A DNA stretch of 64,000 nt from Psammoneis japonica. Taxonomy: Eukaryota. Location: the NCBI GenBank assembly GCA_008632985.1, contig QPGO01000060.1, positions 248,001-312,000 on the forward strand. Direction: 5' to 3'. Every line of letters starts with the position of its first letter. Position 1 is the stretch's first letter. The notes under the pieces were generated by a model. It was not told the DNA's origin. It did not search any database and was given only the letters and a program-made list of their open reading frames with translations. The translations under genes were made by a program, and so were the position numbers. This document shows, piece after piece, positions 38,542 through 49,549 of the stretch.

Positions 38542-40991
38542 CATTGTGGAGTGGGGGTGTAAATTGACAAAGTGAATTTTAGCATTCTGACCAGGAAGTA
38601 GATTGAATGACATTCTTGCAAAATGGTCATTTGGGAAACAAATCAATGTGTCCATTGTCAGTCAGTTGTCAATTGTCGTGAAATGGAATTTTTGTTTGCA
38701 TCAAATTGTTGGATGGCAGCAAACCAATTGGGTGGCACAATCAACTCATTGGGTTGCACAACAAACTCATTGGGTTGCATGTCACTGACTTGATCCACCA
38801 GACATTTGTTGAAGGTGCAGGACATTTGTTTGTTTTCAATGATCAAGTCATGAACAAATTGACGTGCTTTCTCTCACACATGCGGGGACAGAATGAGGTT
38901 GGGTTGGCTGTGGATGCAAGGATTCATTAATTTGGGCCCCTCATGTTGGTGCAGCAACTTGTTGTTGCAACATGTGGCTTTGCAGGTTGCATTTGCTTGC
39001 CCCGCTGATGGAACTCACAGACAAAGGCCACTTCAAGTGATCCAGTGCTTGTGACAAGGCCTTCAAGGAGATGAAAGCTGTTGTTGCAAGCAAAGTGCTC
39101 CTCCAATGCCCAAACCACAATCTTCCATTCCATGTTCACACTGATGCTTCAGACTGCCAAATGGGTGCTGCCACAATTCAAAATGGCGGGAAGCCAGTTG
39201 CTTGCTGGTCCTCCAAGCTCTCAGTGGCGCAGCACAACTGCACCACAATGGAGAAGGAACTCCTCACTGTCATCATGTGCTTTGAGGAGTTTTGGACCAT
39301 GTTGCTTGGCATGGAATTAGTTGTTCATGCTGATCATAAAAATCTCACATTTTGCACCTTGCATTCTCAACGCGCACTCAGGTGGCACCTCTTTCTTGAA
39401 GACTTTGCCCCACGCTTTGTCTGCATCAAGGGCAAGGACAACATCCCAGTGGATTTTTTTTTGTGTCTTCCTTGCATGGATCCATCATCTGAGGGGAAGA
39501 GTCAATGACTGAGCAGCAAGCACAAAGGAGCCATCATTGACACTAAAAAGTTGGGTGCCTCTGAGGACATGACTCAAGATGAGCTTGCAGAGGATTTGGG
39601 TGCTTGTTGTTTCAAGCACTGTTGTGCTCCCATTGAACCTGAATCTAACACATTCTTGTCCCTTCTTGATGAACCAGAGCTTTTCAAATGCTTTTTGAAT
39701 TGTCCAAGCTTGGATGAGATGCCAAGTCCTGTGGAGACAGTGCAGTTACAGTGGTTCCAGTTTCAGGACATGGAGTTGAGCCAGCAACAGCAACGGAACC
39801 CTGGCAACTTTGTCATGAAGATTGTGAACAATCGTCCCCTGATCTGTCATTGTGCACAGCCTGATGATCCTTCTGCAGCACAAAAGATTTGCACTTCAAC
39901 CAAATTGCTGCCTGATGTTCACTTGTGTGTTGGTGCCATTGCGTGTTGTGACACTGTGGCACTGTGCATCTGTGTGAAAGCATCCGGACTCACTTGCATC
40001 ATCCAGCATTGCATTGTTCATGCAATGCTTTTGCAATGTGTGATTTTTGTCAGCATTTTAAACAACTTGGACTGGGCCATGGTGAATTGCCAGAAAGAGA
40101 AGCACCAGTGGCTCCATGGACTGAAGTTGCTGTTGAATTGATTGGACCTTGGAAAGCGCCAATTGATGATCTTGAAATTGAACTCCAAGCACTCATGTGC
40201 ACTGGTGCTGTCACCAGACCAACTGAACTTGTGCACATTGATGACAAAGCTTCTGAACCTGTGACTGACAAATTCTGCAGCACTTGGTTGTCTCATCACC
40301 CCAGGCTGAATTGCTGCATCCATGACAATGGCGGCGAGTGTTCATCGGCTGGGAATTTCAAATGTCATTGAACCAAGCGGGCATCGTGGATGCACCAACT
40401 GTGTCGCGCAATCCTGCAGTGAGCACAATGCAAACAAATGCATCAAATGGTGGCTGACCTTCTGTGCACTGTGCTTGTTGCCAACCCTCCTCAAAATGTT
40501 GTGCAGGTGACTCAGATCATGGATGATGCCTTGGCTGCTGCCTCGAATGCCCTTTGTTGCTCCTTCTCAATGTCAATGAGAATTTTGCCAGGAGTGCCAG
40601 TGTTTCAACATGACATGATTTTAGACCTTCCAATTTTGGCCAATCTTGCTGCAATTCAAGCCAACCATCAAGTTCTGATCAACAAGAATCTTTGAACACA
40701 GAGTGCCAAGCGACGATCCTGCGACTGTCAAGTTGGGCAAGATGCGTTGGTCAAGTCGGTCAACCCTGTCAAGTTGGATGCTTGGCCATTGGACCTTTTT
40801 GGATTGTGCAAGTCCACACCAACAGGACTGTTTCAACAATGCAGGCACCACATGCAGCGCATCGGGGGTGAGTGGTTTTCTTTCCCCACGTCGGGTTTCC
40901 CTCAGTCTCTGCTGGAGTTTGAGCTTGAGTTTGGATTTTGAATTGTTTCCATGGTGCACAGGACTTTGCACCCTGGAGAGGGAGAGTGAAC

Positions 40992-41360
40992 TTTCCTGAA
41001 TTGGGTTTGCATCTGAACATTTTCTGAAGTCATTGACACGCACTGAAGCACTCACGTCATGAGGATGAGGTGGCAGGTCTTCTCACAAAACTTCGTCACT
41101 GCTTCAACATGGTTTTGCTCATTTCTTTCCAGATCAGTTGCAACACTTGAGAGCTCAAAGGCATCATCTAGAGCTGTTGACATGATGTCGATGCATGGTC
41201 TCTGTGCCGCAACCACAACAACGACAACAGCAAGGTTGATTCGTGCTTTTTGGATTTTGTGTCTGTCGCGGGGCGTGCGCGCATGCACCAATGACATGAC
41301 GTCACGTCTGCGTCATCAAATTAAAATCAAGCAAGTTTTCGAAAAGCAAAACGTCATGGC
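40992..41360 (-). pseudogene. Mutated duplicate of the calpain-7 5' end and promoter
   Basis: MSTALDDAFELSSVATDLERNEQNHVEAVTKFCE versus intact MSTALDDAFELLSVATDLEKNEQDHVEAATKFYE; collinear with ~24555-24980. Confidence 0.92.
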
Positions 41361-41631
41361 TGGAATTGTCCTGAGGCTGTGTGGTGTGGGAATCTACGCA
41401 ACGTGGCAAAAAATGCAATCAGCTCTGAATTCTTTGCAGCAAGTGTGATTGGCCGTCACGTCTTTGTCCCCGCACATTTTCTACAGCGGCTGCACGATTT
41501 CGAAAATTCATGCCGCAACGCTCGAAGCATCGCCTTCAGTGACGCTCTTGACGAACCTGAAAGCAAAATCAAGAGCGCAACGGTGTGCCTTGAACATTTT
41601 GACAACCTTGTCGAGTGCAACGGGTCCAAAT

Positions 41632-43254
41632 TCATGGACCCCTCAGTGTCTTCAATGCATCCACAATCAACAGCATGGTGAGCCTGAATGTGCTGTCGTG
41701 CTCTCTTTGCAAACTTGCGCATGCGCTCCGTTGAGACACCTCATCCGACAAGCAATGCCCAGCCGATTTCTTGAAATTTTCTTTTCCTCTTTTCTGTGAC
41801 AGGAAGAGGTTTCGACACTTGCCTTTTGAACAAGCCCACAGATGCTCTGTGCCTTCCCCTGCCAATTCAGCATGACATTTTGGAGTCAAGATCACGCGGA
41901 CTCCCATGCGGTGCACATGATGCTGAAGCAGTGTAGTTTCCTTGGAGAAATCTTCACAAGAGGCAAGCATTTCTGCTGGCTCTGTGTTTTCCAAGCAATT
42001 CCCATGCTGATCTTCAATCCCTCCTTTTCCATGCTTCAGGTTAGCATCAATCAACCCCCTTTCTGTCAACACTTGAAGCAACCCTTTCGGCTTGCCGCGC
42101 CAACCCGGGAGAATTTTCCGCACTGTCTTTTTGATTGGAATGTTTGCTTTCTCGCAGTCATCCTGCAAATCTTTCTTTGTGCTACCCTTTAGCACGGTGT
42201 GGCTTGGATCCTTTGCCCTCAAGTCATTTTCTAGCTCCTCTTTGAGTTTGTCAACGGTCTTAAACTCGTCTGTCGGTGTGTCTTCCTTTCGTCGGAGTCG
42301 CTCTTCCGGATCCATCAGGCAAGGCCCTTCATCCTCGTCTTGGAATATCATTGATTGTGTGTCACCAACTTGCAGCCTTTGTGCATTCTCATACTCTCCT
42401 ACACATTCTTCTGTCAATTTAGTGTCTCTCATCTTGTATTTCCCGCCCCACCCTAGGTTCATCTTGTGGGCCGACAAGCCATCCTCCCGCTGCTTTGAAT
42501 GGCCCGACGAGTGGTCAAAAAAGAAAATATGATCAAATTCAGGACACTTTTCATTAAGTACATCAACAACATCTTCAAGCTGCGTCACCATGTGGTTGTA
42601 CGTCCAGTGTCCCTCACTATTCTGCCCGTACTCAAATTCGCAGACGAATGGCGACGTCTTTATATCTTTTTTGGAATTGGACCCCCGGGCTTCGGTTGCT
42701 GCTGCTTCATCACAGTACACAGTTCCACTCCTTTTGTCATTCACTTTCTTGAGCAAAGCATCATCAAGACTTCGTATCAGGCCAAACTCCCGACATATAA
42801 AAAGAGAGAGCATTATTCCAAGGCCCTCATCTTTCGGAACCAGCGCTGTCTCACCATGTGGCCCAACCCAAGCCTTGTTATTCAATAGAAACTGTTTAAA
42901 AATAGCCTCATCTTGCCACGACAACATAGCCGGCTTTGCATTGGCAGGAAACCGGTAGCTTAGATATCCACCATATTCTCGCACTTTCGGATCGGCGGAT
43001 TGAGCAACCATGTCACGAAAGCCGCTATAGTCGTCCACATGGAACTCGACATATACGTTACCATCTCGAGTAAAGTGGGAGTCTGGACCACGATTCGGAA
43101 CCAAGCCTGTATTCATGAGCTCCGTTGCTTCTTCCAGTGGAATTTGTATCCACCTGTAGCACCTCGTCTCCAACTCAAGGTATTCTTTGGTGAATTGTTT
43201 TCGATATGCCTTCGTGGCAGGCTTCTCGTGACCGTCGACATAAAAGCTTTTCAC
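41632..43254 (-). mobile_element. 5'-truncated DDE transposase, IS630/Tc1-mariner-related (YVDGHE type)
   Basis: Motifs FYVDGHE, WQDEAIF, PKDEGLGIMLS, FDHSSGH, MNLGWGGK, PKGLLQVLTERG, TPKCHAELAGEG.E..W; the ORF start abuts host intergenic sequence. Confidence 0.75.
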
Positions 43255-43665
43255 ACTCCTCTGCCACTTTTGTAGTCATAAAATACTGTATTAGCACAAC
43301 TGCTTTTGTTATCAGCACAACATCTACTTTACAACCTTTTGCTACCCTCGAGGCCTGTGCCTTGCGTGAGTCGTGCGAGCGATTCTAGCCGTTGTAGGGA
43401 ACATTGACATTTTTTCCATTGACCAGACTACCGCTGACAATCCCGCATTTGGCGTTAGAAGGTTGGCAGCTGTCCTTAACACAGAGATCTAATGGCCCCG
43501 ACATGGGCTGGGCTCTCACATCCGTTTCGGGGTGCTACGAGGTGTTGCGAGAAACGACGCGGGCAATGTGCGGAAAATTAAAACGGCAGAAGTGCGAGCC
43601 ATTGAAAATTTGACCTCTATGTCGAGTCATCCTTAAAGCAGGGGATTACTGCTATAACTATAAAA

Positions 43666-46600
43666 CTAAGGTGCACAACTTTCTAACCTCTGTAAAAGCA
43701 GCGCGAGTTTCGGAAGATACATCGTGACTGAACAAAAAGAAAGTAAGCGGTGCGCGATTTGGTGAGGGAAAAATTGCGACAGGCAAAACAAGAGTTGATG
43801 AAGCGAAAATCAACTCACCGTACGACTCTGTATAGAAACCGTGCTCCTTGTTGTGGCCACTAGCGAGGTGGTGACTGTGGAAAAGAGAAAAGGAGAAACA
43901 GTAAGAAAATTTCAGGAAATGAATTTGACATTGTTATGCACGTCCCAAACACGAAGCGCGGGCGACGACTCACGCTAGTTCATGGGCCATCACAGTAAAC
44001 CAGTAACTGTAGCATTCAGCAGAACCATGCTTCTTCAGACTGTAGTGCAATGCGTAGAAAAATCGTACGTTAAAATGAAGAGACCGATTTGAATTGAAAG
44101 CAATGGTACCCCCAACAGGCTCGTGATAAATTGCAACAGTGCCAAGATCCAATGAATAAATGCTGCAAAGTTGCTTTATCACATCGGCGAAGCTATCAAC
44201 AGCATGAAAATTCTCGCCAAGAAAGTGGTCGGAGTTCGTATGTTTCCGGGACGCGAATACTCGGATGCCATTGTGAGCCTTTCCTGTCCGATAAGGTCCT
44301 GTGAACGGCTTTAGGTCTTGACTTGGAATAACTTCGCAGCCATTTGGGTTGCGGTTAAGATTCTCCGGTATGGGCATGTTGACGGCTGCGGGGGAGTGCA
44401 CACCTCTCGCATTCACCTTCGAAGATTCGGAGACAGTTCTACGCAGCATTTCTTCCATACCTCGTTGGTTCGCCTCATCAGCTGCCGGAGTAACAACATT
44501 TTCATGATCGTTGTTGGGCACAAACGAAGGCTTATTATCTTCTGTGTATTTCGCTTTTGGCGCTTCATTCTCTGATTTGCTAGGCGCTCGTTTCCCACCG
44601 AACGCACGAGAAAGACGTTTGCCGAATTTGCGCTTGTGCTCGTTCAGCGCTCCCGGATGTCCGTCTCTTGTCTGACCACCGCTTTTCTTGGCTTTGTTCG
44701 GCGGCTGTTTTTCTGGGTGCGCATTTTGAGCGGCAGCCTTGCAATTCTTCGGATAGTCACCAGACGACATTTCTTCGGCGAGAGTCCTTACATCTTCTAA
44801 AGTCGGTTTGTCGCCCAAGCGCGATCGAATAAACTGTTCAGATGCGTCTGGATACATTTGTGATAGAATGTCAACAAACCCGTCCTTGCTGATCACATCC
44901 GAGCCATCTCCGTTGGCAGTGTTCGACGTCTTTGCGGGTGGCGTCCCCGCTGGAGGCATTGCCGCTACTGTTGGCTCTGGTTCCTTCACAGGCTCAGCAA
45001 CCGGCTCAGTAGGTCGCAAAATGCGATCAACAGGAAATCCACGAGCTCGAAGCTGATCGAGAGGCGCCTCCAGGATCGATCCAATGAAGAAAGCATCTTC
45101 CAGCTGGCAGCGCTGAAGAATAAGCCCGCCAATGGCATAGCCAACATCGAACCAGTCGAATTCTTCGGTAATGTAAAGTCCGTTCTTTCTCCCACCAGAT
45201 GATTTGGCACAACAAGTGATTCTCTGGTTACGAACCGATTTGCCTAGGGAATATACCGCTTTCAGACTGTCTGCTTCAACGATTTGCAGCTTCTTGTCCT
45301 CTAGTATGGAACTGGCGGCTGGAACAAGAGGCCTTGATGTAACACTAGGGGATACCAAGAGCGGGCGCCTTTCCGAAATTCGCTCAGCAAGTTGACGAGT
45401 AAGCTCCGTGTTCTCACGCTGCATTCCAAGCACCTCGAAGTTCTTTGATACACCTTTGGAAATGTATTTCGATCCCAACTTGACGTAAAAGTCCTCAAGA
45501 TCTGATTCATGTGGAGCTCTCAAAACAGGGAACATTCGTCCAAAGAATGAATTGTCAATGATGAATACATCTTCTGCCTTTGCCAGCAAATAATTTGCTT
45601 TCTCTTTTGGTTGGTCACCGTCAGAAGACATTTCTTCTTGGACCTTATAAGCCAGCAAAAACGGGGACTGACGAATAGCAGGCGTCACTCTTTGAAAGGG
45701 AGGATTTGCAGCAATTCGTCTCAAAAGAGAACGATACTTTTCTTCGCTCCCGAGAGTCCGTAACACCTCGTCTGGTGAAGCAATGATCAACCGAAAGAGA
45801 TCTAGAGGGCGGGACGACGAGGCACAAACATTAGAGATGAAATATTGCGGGATATAAATGACCGCCGCAATCACAAAGACTTACCTTCGGTGGTTGCTTC
45901 AGACTTAACCCCAGCTGCTGCCAGAAACGGGCTAAATTCAATCACATGAAAGAGAAGTCCCGTCAAGGAATCGTTCTCGCTCTCTGAATTCTTAAAGTAC
46001 ACATCAGAAGGTCTATACCACGAAATGCCGGATTTGCCCACCTTTCTGGGGATAAAGGCTTGCGACTTGAGTTTATTGAGTGAGGATTCACTGAAATCTG
46101 TACTGCGTGTGGAAAGATACTTGAAGATGTCATGGAATGTGGCACACACGTGCGTGCACAACGCCGTGCGATCGTCTCCGTTGGTCTCCTTGATCTTCTT
46201 CTTGGCATCTACTACCAACTGAAGAAGCTGTTTCAAAAGTGAAATCGGCTGTGGTTCATCTGAAATTGCAAATCGAATAGCGTACAAGCCACCGCTTTTC
46301 TTCTCCGCTTCCGGATCTAGAACCGGAAAACCCATTATCAGGCAAGCTGAGCTCGAATAGCATGTGTTTGGCGACTGCAGTTCCTGGATTTCACTCTTTG
46401 GTACAAGAGGGTCTCTCCTGATTGCAGGCAAAAACCAAAGATTTCTCATTTGTTTTGCCGTTGATTTCGGGTTGAATCTGGACGGATCACAGTCATTCGC
46501 ATACGCTCCATTGGGTTCAAGGTGTTTACAAATGTAGTCGAGACACCGAAGACGCAATTCCTTGTCCTTGACGTCGTAAGCCACATACATGAGCAAATCG

Positions 46601-49377
46601 TGTAGAGATGGATTTACCTTGCAACCAAGCTTTTGTAGAAACTTGCCATTTGGCGTTTTCGTGGTGAGAGCTTCGTCGGAGGGCCACTGAAGCAGCTTTA
46701 CAAAAGGAAATACACGCAGGGCCGGGTCTGGTAGATAGAGCTCCGACGGGGCAAAGGTTCGAGAGATATCGTTCTCTGCAGGAAGGTACTGGGTCGTTTT
46801 TAGCTTCTCCAAATCCGAGCTCGTCAAGCTTGCCGACTTTAGATACTCCACCAGCGGTTTCGGATCGTCGCTCCAATTCAGCGTATCTAAATTTGTAAAA
46901 AGAAAGTCAATCGAAACGCTCTTTCTGACACCCAGCGCCAAGAGAAACTCATCGGAAACACCACTATCCTTGAGTCTATGCGAAACTTTGTTGAAGGAAC
47001 CAATTCCATCAAATGCCTTCAACTCTGCCGAAGACAAGTAAAGGTTTCCCGGACACTCTGCCGCATAATTTGTGGCCTGTTGCGAGTCAAACGGAATGCA
47101 CCGTTTCTCGCCAAGGAGACTCTGAAGATAGCTTACAAACATGGTACGCTCCGTCAATGCCCGACGACTATATTCCTTGGCAAGAGTGGCAAGCACTTGA
47201 ATGCGAAGCTTTTCGTCTTCTGGCTGTGCCGCCGTCATGCAAGCAGAATGACTGATAAATTCTGCCCAAATCTCCATGGACAAGGGGGAGAACCACCCTT
47301 TTAATGACACGTCTCCAAGGGTACCAAGGCTCACGTGTTCTTGAATCGTCTTGGGAAGGACCGCCTCTGGCATGGGAAGGTCATCAGGGAGCGATTTTGG
47401 TTCCACATAAAACAGATAATCCTTCAAATGCTTCACGTCCACCACATCACTGCTCTTTGGTTTCTCGGATGGAAAGTAGCGCACATTGTCCTTTAACGAC
47501 GGACCAACATTGACGACATGGGGCTCGATTCGACAAAATTTTGTCCACCACTTGATCAACCTGACGACTTGTTTCTCTTCCAGAACTTGCGTCGGCAAGA
47601 GTGTTGACAAATCATGCAACACCAATCGTCGACATTGAGCAATCACTTCATGATATTCCTTGGCATTTTCATACAAAACTTTTCGAACCACATTCTGGTT
47701 GCAAAAGGCCTCCATGCCTTGGTAGGGCAGCCGTGCATCACTCCCTCGTGCGATACCCGTTCGTGTCAAGACGGGTGGAGACGTGTTGGGCATGCACGCG
47801 GAAAAGCCCGACGCCAACGACATGCCCACCAGCGTGTCGGGTGTCGACTGTTGTGGACAAAAGGAACGCATCAAGACAATGGCATGTTTTTCTTCCGGCG
47901 ACAGTGGCCGTGCATCACGGGGATTTAACAACTCGGCACTGCCATCGTCCACAAGAGCGTCAACTGAATTTAGCACGCCAACAATTTTCTTCTTGACACC
48001 CTTGGCCATGAATTTGGCAAAGGTTGCAATAGAAGATGATGACGAGGAAGTATTGTCTTGTTCGTCTTTTGATTTTGATGATTTGTCCGGTGCTGACGAC
48101 TCTTTCTTCGGTGCTTCCTTTTCTTTCTCGAGTTGCGCTTCTAGCAACTCTCGTTGAGCCGCACCTTGTTCCCATTCCTCTCCCACAACACTCATGGCTT
48201 GTTCCAAGGTCAATCGCATCAAGATTCCCGCTAATTCCAACAATTCGGTATTGTACTGGCGCAAGGCGGCATCCTGAAAATCAATCGCTTCACGCTCCAC
48301 CGTGGGTATGAGAGGTGCCGCCAAGTGTGCGGCCAATCCCGTCGTTTGGGAGGTTCGAAACCCAATAAAGACACGACCCGATCCCATTTGAGGAGAAAAG
48401 GACCGTGTAATGCGAGATGCGGCTGACTTATTTTTGTGGCTGGAAGAGGAGTCATTGGTCGCTGCCGCATTAATGAAAATTTGAATATTCACGCTGGGTG
48501 GCGGCTTCTTTTTCGTGACTCGTACCATGCGTTTCGAAACGTCCAATGGAATTTTCGTCTTGGCAGTTCCAGAAACATAACGCGCTTTTACAGACGACGT
48601 TTCTCCATCGAGCGTTACGGTAAGCTCATGGATGGATTCGAGTATAGATCCATCGCTCCGTCCCAACGAAAAGAATCCCCTGGGAGACGCCGTCACGGCA
48701 CCATCGTTTTTCCAAAAGGAACTCGCCTTGGGTGGCTTCACAGTGGTGGGTGCTTGAATCTCTTTTTTCGTAATGAGTAAGCGTTCCTTGTCATTCACCT
48801 TGACTCGAATCGTTCTCAGACATTGAGTAAAGGTCAGAGACGCGCATAAAAAGCTCCCAAACTCCACCATATCCGGCAAGGCATACGGATCACGTGAAGG
48901 CAAAACAAAGGTTGTCCATTTATCGTTTGCTTGTTTGTTCGGTGCCGTCTTGGTCCATAGCGCATCGCCCTTCCACACAAACGCCAGTGCTTCTGATCCA
49001 GAAATAACTAGAGGTTCCTCGCAAATGGAAAACATGGTATACGCACCCACTCCAAACGCACCGACTTTACTAACATCGGGATTGCCTTCCGCGATTTTCT
49101 TGAGACGAGACCAATCCTGAGGACGAAAGGGCATTCCATTGTTCCTGTAAACCACTTGAGTCACGCTATTAGTTTCTGCATGAGTCGAAATCAACACTTG
49201 AGCTTCGGTCGCTTCCGCGTCGTTGGAATTTTGCAACAATTCTCGATACACGGCACCGGCCGATGCATAACGTGCCAAAATTTTATCAATGAGAGCACGT
49301 TGATTGACTTCGACACGAGAAAAGTCACCGTCACCGGCAGCGTCTACCGCGGCACGAACGTCATTGTAAAGCGTCAT
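43666..49377 (-). CDS. Large GHKL/HSP90-like ATPase protein with C-terminal HExxH motif (DUF3684/sacsin-like); 4 exons (49377-45885, 45801-43974, 43874-43819, 43727-43666)
   Basis: VNQRALIDKILARY, RELLQNSNDA, NNGMPF, VGAFGVG (Bergerat fold); spliced C-terminus MAHELAHHLASGHNKEHGFY; all three introns are GT-AG and keep the frame. Confidence 0.85.
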
Positions 49378-49549
49378 TTGCACGATTGTGAGATGGAAGC
49401 ACAACGAAACTCGCTGCGCTGCAAAGCAGGTTTAGTCTCGTGCGCTGTTATTTGTCTGGCCTGCGTGCGTTCGTTCGTGGCACGTGGCACGCTCTATCAC
49501 TTGCTCCTCTCCTCCGGAGACCTCGAGACTGTAGACCCCTCACCCTCAT

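Larger units (their letters stand above)
27328..40991 (+). mobile_element. Degenerate Gypsy element 2, related to element 1, split by nested insertions (5' LTR/leader ~27328-27810, gag remnant ~31650-31990, RT-RH-IN remnant ~38800-40900)
   Basis: 5' LTR starts tgaac and resembles the element-1 LTR (cctctgacacacaaacatcaactaacgcattagac); gag MCPVFTGEFGIEPLLHVED versus MCPVFTGEHGTESLLHVED; HTDASDCQMG, EKELL, HADHKNL, LIGPW, HDNGGE; PPT ggagagggagag at 40975-40986 followed by only tgaac of the 3' LTR. Confidence 0.8.
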
